Positions 49,543 to 62,484 of a DNA stretch of 64,000 nucleotides are shown one piece after another; the first letter of the stretch is position 1; the number at the start of each line of letters is the position of its first letter. The DNA comes from Spizellomyces punctatus DAOM BR117. Taxonomy: Eukaryota. The stretch lies in NCBI GenBank assembly GCA_000182565.2, contig KQ257453.1. One strand, 5' to 3'. A program made the translations under genes and the position numbers. The notes beneath the pieces were generated by a model that saw nothing but the letters and a program-made list of their open reading frames with translations, made no database searches and was not told the origin of the DNA.

Positions 49543-52460
49543 ATGGCTCCACCGAGTGTTCCGGAATATAACCCATATGAGCTGCAAACAGTTGAAGACG
49601 CCAATGGAAGGGTTTCCGATCCCAGCCCATACTTTGGCAATTTTCAAGTAGATGAAAGGGATAAAAAGACGCCTGACGAATGGATTAGGCGGAATCCGGA
49701 TTTGCTTAGACTGACGGGACGGTGAGTTTTCTTGCAATGTGCATGGGGGTCTAAAATATAAACGTTGTTTAAGAATGTGCTCATACTTTGACATCTAGCC
49801 ATCCTTTCAACTGTGAAGCACCTTTAGAAAAACTAATTGAGAAGGGATGGATCACGCCGACTGATTTACATTATGTGAGGAATCATGGTGCAGTACCTAA
49901 ACTGGAATGGGGCAAGCATCGGTTGCATGTCGGGGGGTAAGCGTACGCAGGTATTTTTGTTGTCTCTGCATGAGACTGACTGGCTTTTCTTTTTTGATTC
50001 AGACTTGTATCATCCCCGCAAACGTTTACAATGTCAGATCTTGCTGCTCTCCCATCCGCAACCTTTCCCATCCTCCTCGTCTGTGCTGGCAACCGGCGTA
50101 AAGAGCAAAACATGACTCGCCAAACGATAGGCTTTAGCTGGGGTCCTTCGGGATTGTCCAATTCCATTTGGAAGGGCGTCCTGCTAAGAGACCTTTTGTT
50201 GCAATGTGGTGCACCTGATCCCTTGGGAATTGTCGAGGACGGAGTCGTCATGCCAAAGTGGGTCATATTCCAAGGGGCCGAGGATCTGCCAAAGGGAAAA
50301 TATGGGACGAGCATCGCGTATGATGTGGCCATGGATCCTAGATGTGATCTGTTGGTTGCGTATGAGCAGAATGGGGAGGTAAATAAACACATCTTTCTTA
50401 AACATATCCAAAGTATGGCATGCTCACTTTTATGGAAAACTTTGGTAGCCATTAGCTCCCGATCATGGTTTTCCCGTTCGTATCGTCATCCCAGGTCATA
50501 TCGGCGGCCGTATGGTAAAATGGCTTGCGCGCATCATTGTCAGTACAGAAGAAGACTCTAGTCATTACCATTTTCACGATAATCGGGTCTTGCCCCCCAA
50601 CGTTGACGCCCAAATTGCAACGGTATGTCTCGCAGTATGAATCTGGTCATTCTATCCTTTGCCTCCGCCTCACACTCTGCTTCCAGGCCGAAGGATGGTG
50701 GTACAAGCCAGAGTATATTATCAACGAACTTGGAATCAACAGCGTCATCACCTCCCCTACTCACGATGAGCTCATCCCCATCACTATAGATGGTGGATAC
50801 AAGTTCCGTGGATATGCATACACAGGAGGTGGCCGAGCCATCACCAGGGTAGAAGTGTCCTTCAACCATGGTGAACGATGGGAATTGGCAAAACTGCTGC
50901 CCTACCCTGTTGAGCATATTCGACGGGGAAAATATTGGTCATGGTTTTGGTGGGAACTTGATGTTAAGGATGTGAGAGACTTGTGCGGATGTACACAAGT
51001 TTGGGTTAGAGCATGGGAGGGACAAAACACACAACCTGAAAAACTGACTTGGAATGTTATGGTACGTGATGCTCTGTCGAGTGCGCCTTGATAGTCTTCA
51101 TATCACTCACGGTAAATCAACTTACAACAGGGTATGATGAACAACTGCTACTTTCGCCTTCACGTTCATGTGCAGAAAACGGCCACGGGCATATCACTCC
51201 GTTTCCAGCAACCCGCCCCGGTAGTGGGTGACGGATGGATGATCAAGCCACCAGAAGATCACCAGGCGGCAGCAAAACCAACCATCAAAAAGGATGAGAC
51301 AAAGGAGTTACGAGTATTTTCCATGTCGGACGTTGAAAAACATTCTTCAGAGGAAGACTGTTGGATTGTCGTCAATGGAAATGTGTATGATTGTACAAAG
51401 TTTTTAGATGATCATCCTGGAGGTAAGCAAGTCATCCTATTCCTTGTGAAGGATTTTTGGTATTCATCCATTCTCCATCGACGCAGGACCAGAGAGTATT
51501 GTTATCAGCGCCGGTACAGACTGCACCGAAGAATTCGATGCCATTCATAGTTCCAAAGCCCACGATATGCTCAAGGACTACCTTATCGGCACCATCGCAA
51601 AAACCCCTTCAGCCCCGATACCTGCTTCAACGAAACCTGTTGCGCCCGTTGAGGAACTCATTGCCCTCAACCCCCGTGTCTATGCTCCCTTCAAATTGAT
51701 TGAGAAACAGAAATTATCTCATGATACCCGGCTCTTTCGATTCGCTTTACCTTCACCAGACCACCGTCTTGGCCTTCCACCTGGCAAACACATGTACATA
51801 TCCGCACAGGTTAACGGCAAGTTGGTGATTCGAGGTTATACCCCCGTTTCAACAGACGAAGAAAAGGGCTTTTTTGATCTAGTTGTCAAGATCTACCTGC
51901 CAGATCGGCATCCATCCTTCCCAGAAGGTGGCGTCCTTACTCCATGGCTCGATGCTCTCCCTATCGGGGCTGAGATAAAAGCCAAGGGTCCATTAGGCAG
52001 CATTGTCTACCTGGGTCAAGGAACATTTACACTTCCCAAACACAAGCAACCCAAGGCCGTGCAACGAATCAGTTTAATCGCAGGCGGTACCGGCATAACC
52101 CCATGCTACCAGATTCTCCGTGCTGTCCTCTCTGACCAATCAACCGCCGCTCAAAACATTCGTATATGGCTTCTCTACGCCTGCCGAACCGACCGGGATA
52201 TTCTGCTTTTGAAGGAGATTAACGAATTGGCCGAGAAATGGAAGGGACGAGTGAGAGTTTGGTATACTCTCAGTGGTGCCTGTCCGAATGGCTGGATGTA
52301 CGGAACGGGAAGAGTGAATAAGGACATGGTGGCCGAACGTTGTGCGCCTGGCGGGGACGGGAGTTTGGCGTTGGTGTGTGGACCGGATGGAATGGTCAGT
52401 GCGGTCATGGAGTGTTTAGGTGAGGCGGGGTACGCAGAAGACAGCCGCTTTGCATTCTAG
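49543..52460 (+). CDS. niaD: Eukaryotic assimilatory NAD(P)H nitrate reductase (Moco, dimerisation, cytochrome b5, FAD and NAD(P)H domains)
   Basis: TPDEWI.R.P.L.RLTG|HPFNCE, LHYVRNHG, LVCAGNRRKEQN (Mo-Cys), PDHGFPVR..GGRMVKWL, WNVM|GMMNNC, b5 HPGG, RGYTPVS, GGTGITP, CGP. Confidence 0.96.
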
Positions 52461-52634
52461 ATGGATAACAGCGTGGATAGAAAATGGACATGGGGACCTA
52501 ACTATCATTGATCACGATATCAAAATATGCCATATAAACCTGGAATGAACATATACATGTATGCAAATATTTGACAACAAAACAATCTATATACATTGCA
52601 CTTCTACGTGTAACAAAAAATTCTCGAGTATTGC

Positions 52635-53405
52635 TTAAAACCCATCGCCAAATCCTCCATCGAATCCGCCGTCAAAACCACCATCCCATCCACCATCATC
52701 ATAGTATCCGTCATCAAAACCATGGTGATGATGATGATGATGTCCGAGAGAACTCAACGCCAAGAATCCTAATCCGCCCGCCAGCGCCCCAGCACCTAGC
52801 GCTGCACCGGTATTCATACGACCAGACGACTGTTGCGTTTGAGACGATCCAAAAAACGACGGTCGGTTAAAGAAGCTTCGATTTTGTTGAGGAGGTGGAG
52901 GAGTGTATTGTTGCACCGGAGCATATTGTTGCACCGGAGCCTGATATCTTGACGATACAGCCGCTGCTACCGCTGCATCTTCTTCGGCTTGCAACCGTCG
53001 AGCAAACTCCTCGTCTTCCTGTTCTTGCCTTAGCCGCTGCGCAAGCTCAGCGTCTGTTACTGTTTCCGCTTTAGTGTCTGCACCGGATTTCAAGCCAGCG
53101 ATAGGTTGTGTAGGTTGAGTTGTTGGCATTGAAGCAGCAGCAAGGAAAGGATTGGTCGTGGACGGTGTAGAGCTCGATGGTGTGTAAGGCGGTGGAGCTT
53201 CTTCCGGACTTGTGGTTATAGTTGTCTGCGGGAATTCCCACTGGGACACGCCGGTTCTCGTGTCTACAAATGCAACGAGCATTATTGACTGGAATCCTGG
53301 AACCATTTATGAGTGCAACCAAGTATTACCAACGTAGTAGTTTCGTTTGTAATTGCTATCAAACTGGACTATCCAGTGAGGCGGAAGGGGACGAAAATCA
53401 GTCAT
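52635..53405 (-). CDS. WW-domain protein with PPxY, UIM-like helices and a Gly/His-rich tail (Wwm1-like)
   Basis: MTDFRPLPPHWIVQFDSNYKRNYYV|DTRTGVSQWEFP; APPPY; DAELAQRL..DEEFARRLQAEE; GALAGG, H7, DGGF repeats. Confidence 0.85.
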
Positions 53406-54459
53406 GGCTTCGAGATGTTTTTCAGATCCTTGTCAGTTGCTTTGAGTTCTTTATTGCTGTAGAAATTGGATTGTCCTCTGCTTGTCTTTTTAAAAGATTG
53501 TGCAGCTCGTCGTGGATTGAAATCTAATTGCCAAGTCAAACTGCGAACGCAAGTGGGGCTTGCAAGTTGCCCTTTCGGTGTGGCTATGATGCAACACCTG
53601 ATTCTAGCCGGCTCCAACCCATTAACGATCTGGCTTTTGGCTTGCATTAAGATGTCCATCCTACGACAATAGGAATTACAGTGCATGACCGAAATCTTGC
53701 GCATATGTGTGTATATGCCATCCCGAATGAGTTGCAGTAATCCTTGCATCCCATTATTTCCCAAATCAACCAGAATGTACGTCCATAGTTACTAAGAAGC
53801 GACGCACGAAAAAAGAGTGTGGCAAACCAAACCCTAGCGCCAGCCTCTACTCTCACGGACAGTGACACCTCCTATTAGAAGTCCTCAAAACGAGGGTATT
53901 CAAGTCGGAACGGTCCTACTCTTCCACGATTGTAACGGGTAGTCGCCACGGGGACAACGGCTCACGCCGTGCAGTGCGGACTACTCTGACTTAATCGTGG
54001 GGCTAAACGGATTGGATTACCGCGGCGGCGAAAGGATGCAAACGCTTGTCGTCGTCGTTGTTGGGTTACCTTTCGGAGCCAACGGAACCCGGCTCTTTAA
54101 AAGCCATCCTGTTGAAGCATTGGAGTTAAAGAACGCAGTGCAGCCGCCTTTATAAATATCTGAATATATCACGTGCATCCAGAGTTCTTTTTTTCCGTTT
54201 TTATGACTGTGCCAATTCCATCGTCGTCAAGGTCACGACGCCTGTTGCGAAACAAGCTGCTGCGAACGAAGTGGACGTTGAGATCGGTTTCTGGGGACGG
54301 TGTATTGGGTCATTGTTCACGGCATTTGGTAAGTTAACCCAATGAGGCCCTTGCAGTATGAAAAGTTTACAGGGCTTACCTTTTGCTCAACGCGCTCATC
54401 GTGCAGGTAGGTCCTCCTCCCATAACCTAGCATCTCCCCGCTCCTGAACAAACCCAACG

Positions 54460-56555
54460 ATGGCTGAGAAGCTCACACGTATCGGTATGTAGCAAAGAAT
54501 TCGCGCACATGTCCATCAAAGGTTTTTGTTGAAGCTAGCATTTTAATACGATTCTCATCCCGCAGCTCTTGTCAGCACTGACAAGTGCAAGCCAAAGAAA
54601 TGTCGGCAGGAGTGCAAAAAGTCGTGCCCCGTAGTCAGGATGGGTTAGTATTAATTCACAAAAGCGTAACCAGCGGAATGGCTGGGTCGAAGAGCGAGGG
54701 ATCTAACATGTGTATCTAGGGAAACTCTGCATCGAGGTAACACCCAACTCGAAGATCGCCTTCATTTCCGAAGAGCTATGTATAGGTTGCGGTATCTGTG
54801 TGAAAAAGTGTCCCTTCCAGGCTATTCACATTGTCAACTTGCCCACCAACCTCGAGAAAGACACTACCCACCGCTACTCGGCAAACTCCTTCAAGCTTCA
54901 CAGATTACCAGTGCCACGACCGGGGCAGGTATTGGGGTTGGTGGGTACCAACGGTATTGGCAAGTCGACCGCATTGAAGATTCTTGCCGGACGATTGAAG
55001 CCGAATTTGGGGAAGTTTGACGACCCACCAGACTGGGAAGACATTCTCAAATATTTCCGGGGTTCTGAACTCCAGAACTACTTCACCAAGATTCTTGAAG
55101 ACAATCTCAAAGCTATCATCAAACCCCAGTATGTCGATCATCTCCCAAAGACGGTGAAAGGAAAAGTGAACGAGATCCTGACGGCAAAACAGGAGCTAGA
55201 CAACAGAGACTTCCTGATTGACCAGCTGGATTTACAGGACGTTTTGGAACGTAACATTGAGAATCTCTCTGGAGGAGAGCTGCAGCGGTTTGCCATTGCA
55301 GTGGCCTCAGTGCAAAGAGCGGATATTTACATGTTTGACGAACCCTCGTCCTATCTCGATGTCAAGCAGCGTTTGAATGCCGCCCGGGTGATCCGATCCT
55401 TACTGCACCCAACCTCGTACGTCATTGTCGTGGAGCACGATTTGTCCGTTCTCGACTATCTATCAGACTTTATTTGCGTCCTTTACGGTATGCCGTCTGC
55501 GTACGGAGTCGTCACACTGCCTTTCAGTGTGCGGGAAGGTATCAACATCTTCTTGGATGGGAAGGTTCCAACCGAAAACTTGCGGTTCCGTGATGAATCA
55601 CTAGTGTTCAGGTTGGCAGAAACGGCTGAGGACAACAGCGAGAACGAAAAGATGCGCAGGTTCCGCTACCCACACATGAAGAAGACTTTGGGAGACTTTT
55701 CTTTGGAGATCGAGGCGGGGCAGTTCACCGATTCGGAAATCATTGTCATGTTGGGACAAAATGGAACGGGGAAAACCACGTTCATTCGTATGCTAGCTGG
55801 TATTCTGCCTGCTGATACTGAAGAACAGGTGCCAGAGTTGAAGGTGTCTTACAAGCCTCAGAAGATCAGTCCTAAGTACCAAGGCACCGTAAGGATGTTG
55901 TTGATCAGCAAGATCAAAGGCATGTTTATGCACCCACAATTCCAAACGGACGTCATCAAGCCTTTGCAAATTGAAAACATTATTGACCAACAAGTGTTGA
56001 CCCTCTCTGGTGGTGAATTGCAACGTGTCGCTATTGTGCTAGCGCTTGGTCTTCCCGCGGACATCTATTTGATCGATGAGCCGTCAGCCTATCTTGACTC
56101 TGAACAACGTATCATTGCCGCTAAGGTGATCAAGAAGTTTATCTTCCACTCCAAGAAGACTGCGTTCATTGTCGAGCACGATTTCATTATGGCAACGTAT
56201 CTTGCCGACCGTGTAATTGTATACGAGGGTCAGCCTTCCGTCAAGGCCAAAGCCAACAAGTGGGTGTCCATTATCAACAGTACTAATGGTTGTATCATTT
56301 TTATCTAATCCGCCTCATGTTTCAGGCCCGAATCGCTATTGACCGGAATGAACAAGTTCTTGGAATCGCTTCAGATTACCTTCCGCCGTGACCCCACCAA
56401 CTTCCGGCCGCGTATCAACAAGTCTGACTCAATTAAGGACAAGGAGCAGAAGGTGAGATCTTGTCTCTGATTAATGTTGTCTTCCTACATGGCCGATTTT
56501 AACATTTTCGTTTTAGTTGGCTGGTAACTACTTCTTCTTGGAATCCGAAGCTTAG
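54460..56555 (+). CDS. RLI1: ABCE1 ribosome recycling factor
   Basis: Fe-S domain [15 protein letters not shown] / [13 protein letters not shown], and two ABC domains ([26 protein letters not shown]). Confidence 0.99.
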
Positions 56556-56931
56556 AGATATCTGAGCAATTAAATATATGGCCATTGTCCTGAGATCGTG
56601 AAGTAGGAGGGATTTGGAAGATGCTGCCGGCCTTGTTCAGGGTTATAGGGCCATAATTGCCTACATAGAATGCCGGCATGGTAGGAAGGTCATGGACAGG
56701 ATGTTGTTGATAGCGTAATTTTTTCCTGATGCTGAGGCTATGTTAGCCATTTTCATATATCATCTTAAATGCATCATGGGGTAAACAAGGATATAGTAGC
56801 GTAGACCTTCATGCGTACGTATATCCAAGTTCAAATAGCTGATCATGGCGAAAGAGTCAACTTTGAACATTTCAAGATCCGTATGGTACACTTTCTATGA
56901 ATCACTACCGTCTCATGCCCCCCGGCCCTTT

Positions 56932-57543
56932 CTACAAAATCAGACACCCCTTCTTTGCCTTGCCTCCGCCGGCTGATTTTCCTCCACCTTTTGCCTCCTT
57001 TCGATCCCTAATCTTTGACATCAACATCTGATATGCTTCTTCCACATTTTGTCTAGTTTTCGCACTCGTCTCAATGTATGGACATCCCCACTCTCTTGCT
57101 TTAGCCTCCCCTTCTCGTGGTTGGACTTTCCGAAGGTGCGCCAAATCGGCCTTATTCCCAACCAAGACAAACGGTACCTCCTCATCGTCGAGCACTCGAC
57201 AAATCTGATCTCTGAATTCTTGGGTATGAGCAAAGCTCTCTTGCTCGCAAATGGAAAATACGCAAAGGAAACCTTCCCCAGAACGATAGTAGTTGTCTCG
57301 GATCGCCGCATACTCTTCTTGACCGGCCGTGTCAAGGATATCAATGAAACATTCGGTTTGTGTGCCACCCGAGTTGAGGACAACTTTCTTTCGATACGAA
57401 TCAGCTTTTGTAGGGTCGTATTCCTCAATGAAGTCGCCGTACATATATTGGAGCGTTAATGCGGATTTTCCGACACCTCCTGACCCTACCATAATTATCT
57501 TATGGAGGGGGAGGTCGTTGCGGTTTGGTTGCTTTTTACCCAT
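56932..57543 (-). CDS. RAL: Ral-type Ras-family small GTPase
   Basis: [68 protein letters not shown], with a polybasic tail and CLIL CaaL box. Confidence 0.9.
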   Translation of the reverse strand: MGKKQPNRNDLPLHKIIMVGSGGVGKSALTLQYMYGDFIEEYDPTKADSYRKKVVLNSGGTQTECFIDILDTAGQEEYAAIRDNYYRSGEGFLCVFSICEQESFAHTQEFRDQICRVLDDEEVPFVLVGNKADLAHLRKVQPREGEAKAREWGCPYIETSAKTRQNVEEAYQMLMSKIRDRKEAKGGGKSAGGGKAKKGCLIL

Positions 57544-57895
57544 TCTGGGAACCTGCAATTGGGGGGATACACGCTGGCTATGCTGCTTTCAAGCGAAAGT
57601 TTACAAGTCTGCTCATTAGCCGATAAGCGCCTGCTTCAATGTATATCGCTGGGCCCGATCCTCTCCAAACTCCTCAGCTTGCTGACGAGAAGATTTGGTC
57701 ATCAGTTCCTCCATTAATCCCGTTTAGGTTGTTCAGGGGAATCGGACAGGCTTCCCAAGTGAACGCGCCCAAAAAGTTTCCTAGGCTTTTGCTGCAGATC
57801 CTGGAGAACCCGACCCGCAGGTCGCCCGGCGTCGTATGCCTCTTCGCTCGTAACAACGCTCCCAAGAACGCACTCCCCACTATAGCCCTTCGGCC

Positions 57896-60800
57896 ATGGC
57901 TAATCTCAGCCATGTTCGCGTCGCCCTGCAGATCCATGCTGACAACCCTCACATAACGCGCAACGACGATAATTGCGTAACTTACCAACCGCCACCTACA
58001 AAAACTCGTACCCCAGACCCGCGCAAGATCCACTTTGACGGCTGCTTTGATGCGCGTGCCACGTCGACCGAAATTTACACGCAATGTGGCGTAGGTGCAT
58101 TCATTGACAGGGCGCTCCAAGGATATACAGCTGGGGTGTTCGCTATAGGATCCGGGAAGCTATCGGCACAAAAGCGGACAGGGATATTTGAGCCGCTTGT
58201 TAAAAAGTTGAAAAGTGCAGCAAAGCTAAATGGCGATATCACGGTTGAGATGGTTCACTTAGGGATAACAGATACGAAATGCATTGATCTGGTTAATGAT
58301 CGACCGGCCGACATTTCCGACGGCTTGAGGACGCATTTCAGAAATGTTGGAACATGGGCTCCGGTAGAAGAGGTGATTCGCAAGGGGTGCTCCCTGCCTT
58401 GGATTATGGATCTAAAGTTTGAGACAAAGAAACAACACCGAACTGTGGGTCACTTGGTTCTGGCAGATCTTGGAATGGTATGCTTTGATGAGGAGGTCAA
58501 TGAAAACGTTTTCCGGCAGCGTGGACCCGGTGTGACAAAGTCCGTGTGGATTATGAAAAAGATTGTGCGGATGTTGACCCAAAATGGTGCGGAAGGGACT
58601 ATACCATTTGCAGACAGTACCTTGACGTCGATTTGCCGGGATTTCTTGGGTGGCAAGGCAGCAACTAAGTTTATCATACATGTGGATGGTAGAGACAGTG
58701 TGAGCGCAAATGAGATTGCGGGCGTCGTGGATTTTGCAGAAACAATGAGGAAGATCAAGACGTTAGAATGTGTAAATGATGTAGACCCACGGGTTGCTGA
58801 GCTGCAGACAGCTATCAAGGAGTTGGAGGCACAGGTTCGCGATCTTCGAGCTTTGACAGAAAAAGAAGCGTTGAAGTTTGAGTTCAGGATGAGGGAGCAA
58901 ATAGAAGGACACAATGCAGCACTGGCGGAATTGGAACAACAAAAGGAAAAGGAAGGGGAGGAACGACAAAAAGACTTCGACACACGGTGCTTAAGAATGA
59001 AGGACGAGTTTGCCGCCACCCTATTGGAGTGCAACAATTCATGGAAGCAGACAGTAGTGAAGGCTCGCAACGAGAAAGACGACGCAATTCAACTGGTAGG
59101 AGCTCGGCAGATTTCATTTGTACATTGAATTAAGCCGTAAAAGTAATTCCAATTTCCATGATTCAGCTGAAAGAAGAGCTGGAAGAAGCTCAGTTAACTG
59201 CACGCGTTGAAGTCACGAAAGCCTTGCACGATAAAGCAGCCGTAGATGAAGCATTGCGGAAGGAGCGTGTTCAAATGCGTGCGTGGCTCTCTTCTTGTTT
59301 ATTGCGTTTGGTGAAAGTGCTCATATTCGTTCTTTAACATAGTGCTTATGTCGCATGATTACCAGCAACTTCGGTTAGACAATGATGAATTGTTGCGAAA
59401 TTCTGAGAAGATGAAGGTGAGGTTTGCTTTAAAGAAGAATTGACCGATCTTTCGGAGTTGCTGACGACACTCCGCATGTAGACGAGTTACATCGACTTAG
59501 AAAAGGCACATCAGGAGCTTGTTACCGTCAAGGAGTCACTCGAGAACCGGTGCATTGAATTACAAGCAGACCTGGACACTGAGAGAGCGAACGCGCGGAA
59601 GACAATGGAAGAGCTGGAAATCACCAGAACGGCATTAAATACCTCAAATGAAAGTCTTGAACGCGTAAAGTACCAGCTTGAAATCGCAGAAACTGAAAGT
59701 CGAGACAAGTCGGTGAAAATCGATGAGATCGAAAAGCTGCTCTCAGAGAAGCAACTAGAGCTGGTCGAACAAAGTACGCAGGTTGATCGTTTGGAAAAGA
59801 AGTTGGTAGGATCTGAAGCCAGATTAGACGAGGCTCGGCTTGCATCTGATCGGCTTAAAGAGGAGAGAGATGCTGCGACTGCACGCCTGGAAGTGATGCG
59901 GGATCAAGCTAATTCCGAAGTTGCGAGTATCCGAGAGCAAGTTGACAAATCCCGTGACGAGACTGCTGAGACTCGGGATGATCTCTTGCAGGCGAAGGAA
60001 ACCATTAAGAATCTTCGTGCGGAGAAGACCAAAATTGAAGCCGCATCCCGTGATGAAGTGGCCAAAATGCAGAAAGAGGTTGAGAACCTCCGCAAAAATT
60101 CAGAGAAGGTTGCACGGGAGCTGGAGAGGGCTGAAGGGCGATTTGAGGGTGAACGAGAAGGATGGATACGGGAAAGAGAATCCTGGGAGCGGGAGAGACG
60201 CAGATTGGTTGATGAGGTGCAAGAACTCAAGATGGAAGCTATGAGAGCGCGAATAAGTGGGAGCGAGGAAGGCGACAAAGTCAAGGTATGCCTCATATGA
60301 TGTCGAACTATTGACACTGCCGTTGCTAACTATTTTGTCATGTCTGTGTCAAGGCGTGGTTTGAGAAGCTGGAATTAGAGAACCGTCGACTTCGGGACGA
60401 GATTGATCATGTCAAAGCGTCCCGGCGGGAGGACCGGACGGCTGAAGCCGAAAGCGAACGTGTCCGGATGCATCTGGCCCGTCTTGAATCAGAGAACCAA
60501 CGAATGGCGGAAGACGTAGCTCGGAAAGAACGTGAATTGGCCCACGAGAAAGCTAGGTTAGAAACCTTGGCGAAAACCACTGAGAAAGCTGTGCCTGCTA
60601 AGCGCAACCGTAAGAAGCAACCGGTAGAAGTTGTTGAGGAAGATGTAGATGACTATGGCGCTGAGCAGGAAACCGCCGAACAGGAGGAAATTACGGTCCA
60701 ACGTAAGAAAAAGGCTAGGGGACGAAAAAAGAAAGATGCACCAAAAATAGAGAACGATGCACCCTTACTAAATGGTGCACATTCGGACCTCGACGATGAT

Positions 60801-61919
60801 CATCAGGAGGATGAAGTGCGGGAAGTGGCATCACAAGGGAAGGAACGAACTTCGCATGGAAGAAAAAATGCACGGAGCCCTTCTCCCTTTGTCGAAGAGA
60901 TCGCGGAGATTGCGGAGGTGAGCCAAAACGCCGTTGTCGCAAGCGTCAAACCGAAGGCAAAGGGTCGTGCGAAAAAGGGCGCGACAGTGGCAGCTAGCAA
61001 AGTAGCGGATGTTCCAGCTGGACGCAATGAGCCTTCAGATCTCCTTAATGTGGGTGACGAGCCGAGCAATGTTGAGTCGGCATCTAGACCTACGGCACGA
61101 AAGAGAAAAAATGCACCCAAAAAGTCTGATCCCGAGGTGCCTAGCCATGATGCGAGCCCGGTGCATGCAGAACCAAACTTTGAATTTGCGACAGTAGGTA
61201 AGGAGTCAGGAAATCAAACGAACCATCGAGAACCGGAGACCGTGGTGGAAACCAGATCAGATGTGACTGCCACAGAGCCTATGGTGGAAGTAGCAGTATC
61301 ATCAGGATCAACAAAGAAGCGAAAGAAAATGGCACCTATCGAGACGCCTTCCACGCCACCTCAACAATCTGGACAAGTCTCTGTGGATGATATCTTAGGA
61401 ATAACGACCGGAGTCGGCGAAACCATTGAATCTGAGAAAGAGAACCGGGCGAGCAAAAAGGGGAAAGGAAAGGGAAAGGGGGCGACAAAAGAGTTGTTGG
61501 GAGAGACTCTGAGCGAGAAAGAGAAGGACACGAAAAAGCGAAAACTGAATCCGAAGCGAAAAATCTCGCTGGAAGTTGTGGAAGAGGATCAAGTGGAAAA
61601 CAAGGAGAAAAAGAAGTCGGTGAGTGACGGCACAATATTTCTTGAGCATCTCATACGACAAGTGAGAAACTCATTTGTGATATCTTTGTAGCAATTCGCC
61701 CCAGCCGTCCAACCAGCTGCGACTGGGCCACCCGTACTCAGTCTTTCCCAACGTGCTGCGGCACTCTCAACATTAACAACCGGCGAAAACCGATTGGGCT
61801 ACCTAAAAGCCCGTATACCCAACCTAAATGCAAGCGGACGCATGGAATTCAAGAAGCGACCCGGTTTGGATCCGGAGAGGATGAAAACTATATTACAGGG
61901 ATATGGTATAAGTGATTGA
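57896..61919 (+). CDS. Kinesin-like protein with a degenerate motor domain, long coiled coil and a basic/acidic disordered tail
   Basis: HVRVALQI, IHFDGCFD, ALQGYTAGVFAIGSGK, LVLADLG, IPFADSTLTSICRDFLGG. Heptad-rich exons span 58800-60600. Confidence 0.8.
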
Positions 61920-62484
61920 ATGGCGTGGGGAGGGATGAGGCGTCGTGGTGAAGGCACATAGTACATGTGCAGTGTATAATAGTGAGGGTTTGGTAGCTTG
62001 TTTCCTTTCTTTTTGGTACATAATGTAGTAGCGTGAATGATAATATCTATTAACGTCAGTTGCTTCCAAAACTGCGGCCTAAGGTGCGCGAAATTAACTA
62101 TGTGCGCAAAACCATGAAGCCATGGTGCGTTAACTACTCGATGGTTTCACCCATTCCAAGACCCATTTGGTGTATGAAGAGGGTATCTGTAAGGCATGTT
62201 ATAGATGAATGTTTCCGCGAAAGGGCAACTTGCAGCTTGCCGCATTTTTACTTTTGTATTTTCTACTTTTGATATACATTTGATACACATGCAATTTTCT
62301 AAGACAGATACAAGTCATATAGGTTACATTCCAAACCCACAACCTTCCTCTTACGCATGAGGAGCCGCATCGCCCACTGAGGAAGAGCACAATGGCACTT
62401 GTTCTGGAGGATCCATTTGCTATCCTACTCTGGCATTGCAAGAGCTTGCTGGCGCCGTTGCCCCCATCGCAGAAAGTGAGACCA

